Shown one piece after another: positions 60,253 to 64,000 of a DNA stretch of 64,000 nt (within the stretch, counting starts at the first letter, position 1; each line of letters begins with the position of its first letter). Made by a program: the position numbers and the translations under genes. The DNA comes from an uncultured Shewanella sp. (GTDB lineage Bacteria; Pseudomonadota; Gammaproteobacteria; Enterobacterales; Shewanellaceae). A model generated the notes under the pieces. That model was not told the DNA's origin and did not search any database. It saw only the letters and a list, made by a program, of their open reading frames with translations. The DNA lies in the NCBI RefSeq assembly GCF_947491715.1, contig NZ_CANLKR010000012.1, forward strand, positions 44,501-108,500, read 5' to 3'.

Positions 60253-60984
60253 ATGAATTCTTCTCAAGATACACTTTTTGCCACACCCTTAACCCAAGTC
60301 AGCGATTTTCAATTTGATAGTAAAGTGGTAGGCGTATTTAACGACATGATCCGTCGTTCCGTTCCAGGGTATGGGCAAATTATTAATTCAATTGGGGATT
60401 TAGCCCATAAATTTGTCACCCCAAACAGCCATGTCTATGACTTAGGTTGCTCATTAGGCGCTGCCACCTTAAGTGTGAGGCGACGCATTCAAGATAAACA
60501 TTGTCGCATTATTGCCGTTGATAATAGTCAAGCAATGATTGAACGTTGCCAAGAAAATCTCGCCTCCTATGTCAGTCAAACCCCCGTTGATTTAATTTGT
60601 GGAGACATTAGGGACATTGACATTAATAATGCTTCATTAGTTATTTTGAATTTCACCATGCAATTTCTTGCGCCACATGATAGAGATCAATTAATCAAAA
60701 AGATTTATGATGGCCTTAATCCTGGGGGGATATTAATTTTGTCTGAAAAATTATATTTTGCACATGATGAAATCCAAAATACGCTTGATGAGCTACATCT
60801 CGATTTTAAACGTGCCAATGGCTACAGTGAACTTGAAATCAGTCAAAAACGCAGTTCTCTTGAAAATGTAATGAAGCCCGATACACTACAAGAACATGAA
60901 CAACGCTTAAAATCACAAGGGTTTGAACATTTCAATATCTGGTTCCAATGTTTTAATTTTGCTTCTATGATCGCAATAAAATAA
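60253..60984 (+). CDS. cmoA: carboxy-S-adenosyl-L-methionine synthase
   Basis: DTLFA...[63 protein letters not shown]. Collinear with E. coli CmoA as I recall it. Confidence 0.95.
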   Translation: MNSSQDTLFATPLTQVSDFQFDSKVVGVFNDMIRRSVPGYGQIINSIGDLAHKFVTPNSHVYDLGCSLGAATLSVRRRIQDKHCRIIAVDNSQAMIERCQENLASYVSQTPVDLICGDIRDIDINNASLVILNFTMQFLAPHDRDQLIKKIYDGLNPGGILILSEKLYFAHDEIQNTLDELHLDFKRANGYSELEISQKRSSLENVMKPDTLQEHEQRLKSQGFEHFNIWFQCFNFASMIAIK

Positions 60985-61075
60985 ATGCCGTGTTAAATCG
61001 ATAACAAATCAACACCGAATAATGACCCTTTCATGTGATACTACAAACATGATGCAACCATGGTGGCCAAAATTA

Positions 61076-62071
61076 GTGATTAGCTTTAGCTCATTTTACA
61101 AACAAATTGCCGACTCCAATTTACAACATTGGTTAGAAACGCTGCCGACTATTTTAGGGCAATGGCAACGGGAACATAAACATGGCACTTTACCCAAATG
61201 GGAAAAAGTCCTCAATAAATTACACTATCCCGCTCCTGATCTGATTGATTTTAAAAGTAGTGTTACCATAGGCTCAGGCAATCAGCTTTCATCTGGCGAG
61301 CAAGAGAAACTCAAAAACTTATTAAGCATTTTTAAACCTTGGCGAAAAGGCCCCTATTCCATACATGGCATAGACATTGATACTGAATGGCGTTCGGATT
61401 GGAAATGGGAACGACTACAAGCCCATATATCTCCCTTAGCCAATCGTACCGTTCTCGATGTCGGTTGCGGCAGTGGTTATCATATGTGGAGAATGTTAGG
61501 CGAAGGCGCTAAACATGTTGTAGGAATTGATCCTTCAACATTGTTTTTATGTCAATTCGAGGCCATTAAACGCCTTGCAGGTCAACATCAACCAATTCAT
61601 TTGCTCCCCTTGGGCATAGAGTCGCTCCCACCATTGGATGCATTCGATACCGTTTTCTCCATGGGCGTGCTTTACCACAGACGTTCACCTATTGATCACC
61701 TAATACAACTTAGAGATCAATTACGCACAGGTGGAGAATTGGTCTTAGAGACTTTAGTCATTGATGGCGATGAAAATACTGTACTGGTTCCCGAAGATAG
61801 ATACGGTAAAATGAACAATGTGTGGTTTCTCCCCTCTGTTGCCGCATTAATGTTATGGCTAAGAAAAAGTGACTTTATTGATATAAAATGCGTTAATATC
61901 GATGTAACGTCATTGGCAGAGCAACGGAGCACTGACTGGATGCCGAATGAATCGCTTGTTGATTATTTAGATCCCAATGATATTAACCTGACTGTGGAAG
62001 GTTATCCAGCACCTAAACGAGCGACAATTATTGCAACCAAAAACCAGCCAAATAAAGATCTTATCGAGTAA
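61076..62071 (+). CDS. cmoB: tRNA U34 carboxymethyltransferase
   Basis: [52 protein letters not shown] and [11 protein letters not shown]. The GTG at 61076 gives MISFSSFY, matching the E. coli N-terminus. ATG alternatives lie at 61049 and 61052. Confidence 0.93.
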   Translation: MISFSSFYKQIADSNLQHWLETLPTILGQWQREHKHGTLPKWEKVLNKLHYPAPDLIDFKSSVTIGSGNQLSSGEQEKLKNLLSIFKPWRKGPYSIHGIDIDTEWRSDWKWERLQAHISPLANRTVLDVGCGSGYHMWRMLGEGAKHVVGIDPSTLFLCQFEAIKRLAGQHQPIHLLPLGIESLPPLDAFDTVFSMGVLYHRRSPIDHLIQLRDQLRTGGELVLETLVIDGDENTVLVPEDRYGKMNNVWFLPSVAALMLWLRKSDFIDIKCVNIDVTSLAEQRSTDWMPNESLVDYLDPNDINLTVEGYPAPKRATIIATKNQPNKDLIE

Positions 62072-62078
62072 TTGTGTT

Positions 62079-62864
62079 ATGAGAAACTCTATGTTGAAGC
62101 GAATGACCTGTATAATTGCACTCTCTAGCCTAATGGCAGCATGTGCCACCAAAGACGCAGTAACCCCAACACCTAAACCTGTCGATGCTGAGGACCTTCA
62201 AACCAGTTTAGCCCAGCAAAGAGACACAATTTTAACGGGGATTTATCTCGGCAGCGCATCCCAACAAGCCAGTTTAGATGCCCTCAATGATCAATTAGCC
62301 TCATTACAAAATCAAGTCAAAACACTAAAAGCGGCATCGCATGCTCAAGCAGTCAAACCTGCCACGAAAGAGAGTCAACCGACAATGAATAAGAAGTGTC
62401 CGTCTCCCTTAGGTGATAAATTCATTTTAGGCGCCATTGAGCGTGTCTATGTCGATGAAGTCAAAGCCAGTTTCAATACCCGTATTGATACTGGCGCTGA
62501 GTCTTCTTCATTAGATTCACGTAATATCGTTTTATTTGAACGAGATGGCAATTCTTGGGTTCGTTTTGATGTTTTTGTCGATGGCCCCGATAAACCCGCA
62601 AAAACCTTTGAAGCAAAAGTCGTCCGCTTTGTGCGTATTAAACAAGACGCAGATGATGGCGCCGATCGCCGACCCGTTATCCTCGCCCACCTCAAAATTG
62701 GTGAATACGAAGCCCAAACGGAATTAAATTTAGTCAATCGAAGTCATCTGGATTACCCCTTACTGTTAGGCAGAAAATTCATGAAAGATATTGCCGTTGT
62801 TGATGTAGGAAAAACCTTTATTCATGGAAAGAAGGACCCAAACAATAACATTTCTAACAAATAG
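62079..62864 (+). CDS. lipoprotein with a C-terminal RimB-like retropepsin / 'ATP-dependent zinc protease' (COG4067) domain
   Basis: LMAAC lipobox. The C-terminal half ILGAIERVYV...NTRIDTGAESSSLD...PLLLGRKFM is typical of this family. Confidence 0.65.
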   Translation: MRNSMLKRMTCIIALSSLMAACATKDAVTPTPKPVDAEDLQTSLAQQRDTILTGIYLGSASQQASLDALNDQLASLQNQVKTLKAASHAQAVKPATKESQPTMNKKCPSPLGDKFILGAIERVYVDEVKASFNTRIDTGAESSSLDSRNIVLFERDGNSWVRFDVFVDGPDKPAKTFEAKVVRFVRIKQDADDGADRRPVILAHLKIGEYEAQTELNLVNRSHLDYPLLLGRKFMKDIAVVDVGKTFIHGKKDPNNNISNK

Positions 62865-62876
62865 GGATACTCCGAT

Positions 62877-64000
62877 GCATTCTAAGAAACCCTTCTATAT
62901 TTTAGTTGCCTTCTTATTTATTTTAGGTGTTGCAGCCTGCGTGTATCGCAGTGTGGAACACCATGTCCCTTTTTTACCTGGTCAACAGGTACAAAGTTGG
63001 GCTGTCGATGCTAAAGTGAGCTTTCAAGGAACGGGAAAACCCGTCGAAGCGTCTTTTTCATTACCTCAAGATCCCGCATATGAAGTGCTAGTGGAAAATA
63101 CCACCTCACCTGGATATGGCTTGAGTATCAGCAATAGCGATAATCGTGATAAACGCGCCATTTGGTCAAAGCGCTCTGCCACAGGACGACAAGATCTCTA
63201 CTATAAAGTCACCCTGATCCCGACAGGCCAAACCAGAATTATGGCCACAAAAAAACCCGAGGCGCCGACCCCTTATATTTGGCCTGCAACAGAAAAAGCT
63301 GCCGCAGAACAAGTCACGCAGGAAGTCTGGGATCACAGTGCAACCAATTTGTCTTTTGCCCAGCAATTAAATAAAGAGTTTAATGCCGCAGAGCGCAGTC
63401 AAAATGTAGAGCTACTCCTATCAGGAAACTCTGCCACAAACTTATTTATTAATATCTTACATAACAAAGCAATACCAGCACGTGAAGTCAGCGGCCTGTA
63501 TTTGCAAGATCAACGACGTCGACAAGAATTAATTAATTTTGTTGAAGTATACAATGAAGGTCAATGGTACTTGTTTAACCCAAATGACGGCACACAAGGA
63601 CGCCCTGAAAACCTACTATTATGGGGGCAATCTGGCAAATCAGTATTAGATGTGATCGGCGGGACTAATTCACAAGTCAGCTTCTCGATGTTACAAGATA
63701 CCCGCTCTGCACTTGCCACCTCTATCGATATTTTACGTAATAATGACGCATTAAGCTTTTCTCTTTACCAACTCCCCTTGGAAGAGCAAAGTTTATTCAA
63801 AGGCATATTACTTATCCCTATTGGTGTACTTATGGTGGTCTTTTTACGCGTACTGATTGGCATTAAAACCTCAGGCACCTTTATGCCCGTCTTAATTGCC
63901 TTGGCCTTTATTCAAACGACCTTATTCACTGGACTCGTTGGCTTCTTACTTATTGTGGCCTGTGGACTCATGATCCGAGCCTATTTATCCCAGCTAAACT
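62877..64000 (+). CDS. inactive-transglutaminase / 7TM fusion membrane protein (3' end outside the window)
   Basis: I translated the frame by hand and it stays open from the ATG at 62877 to the window end. There is an N-terminal TM helix, and the 7TM block begins LIGIKTSGTFMPVLIALAF. It is the usual partner of the upstream COG4067 gene. Confidence 0.6.

Noticed and set aside
1-64000. tRNA, rRNA, tmRNA and CRISPR arrays.
   Set aside because: No run of regularly spaced direct repeats of 24-40 bp with unique spacers was seen. No cloverleaf-like GC-rich 75-90 nt segments or rRNA-like conserved blocks were seen in the intergenic regions I read.

Overview
Low-GC (about 40% by eye) chromosomal segment of a marine-type gammaproteobacterium; the genus cannot be assigned from sequence alone. 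The right end is conserved core: ruvB-ruvA-ruvC, yebC, aspS, cmoA-cmoB, then a RimB-like protease / 7TM-transglutaminase pair running off the window. The left and middle are accessory. They carry a purine permease, an M19 dipeptidase, a 1441-aa G8/beta-helix lipoprotein, LysR/LysE and HxlR/NAD(P)H-dehydrogenase divergent pairs, and a long minus-strand run of small enzyme genes (GNAT x4, LysE, GFA x2, cupin, VOC, PhzF, a DEAD-box helicase). Further right are an S8 protease, a PotA-D-like ABC operon with a tandemly duplicated binding protein, a DUF924-EF-hand fusion and a GH114-like secreted protein. The most interesting locus is a chromosomal integron at about 47.4-50.1 kb. It has an integron-type integrase gene with a one-base frameshift and a perfect LexA box at its promoter. 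It also has an attI junction and at least two attC-bounded cassettes (LysE, cupin), followed by a third unit encoding an EVE-HNH protein (candidate modification-dependent restriction enzyme) plus a Y1/HUH transposase-like gene. Other notable points are a second perfect LexA box in front of a GFA-family gene, two related MITE-like inverted-repeat elements, structured repeats flanking a DUF900 lipoprotein next to intI, and an orphan triple Venus-flytrap periplasmic module without an output domain. I recognised no tRNA, rRNA or CRISPR array. All functional calls rest on motif recognition by eye, not on database searches.
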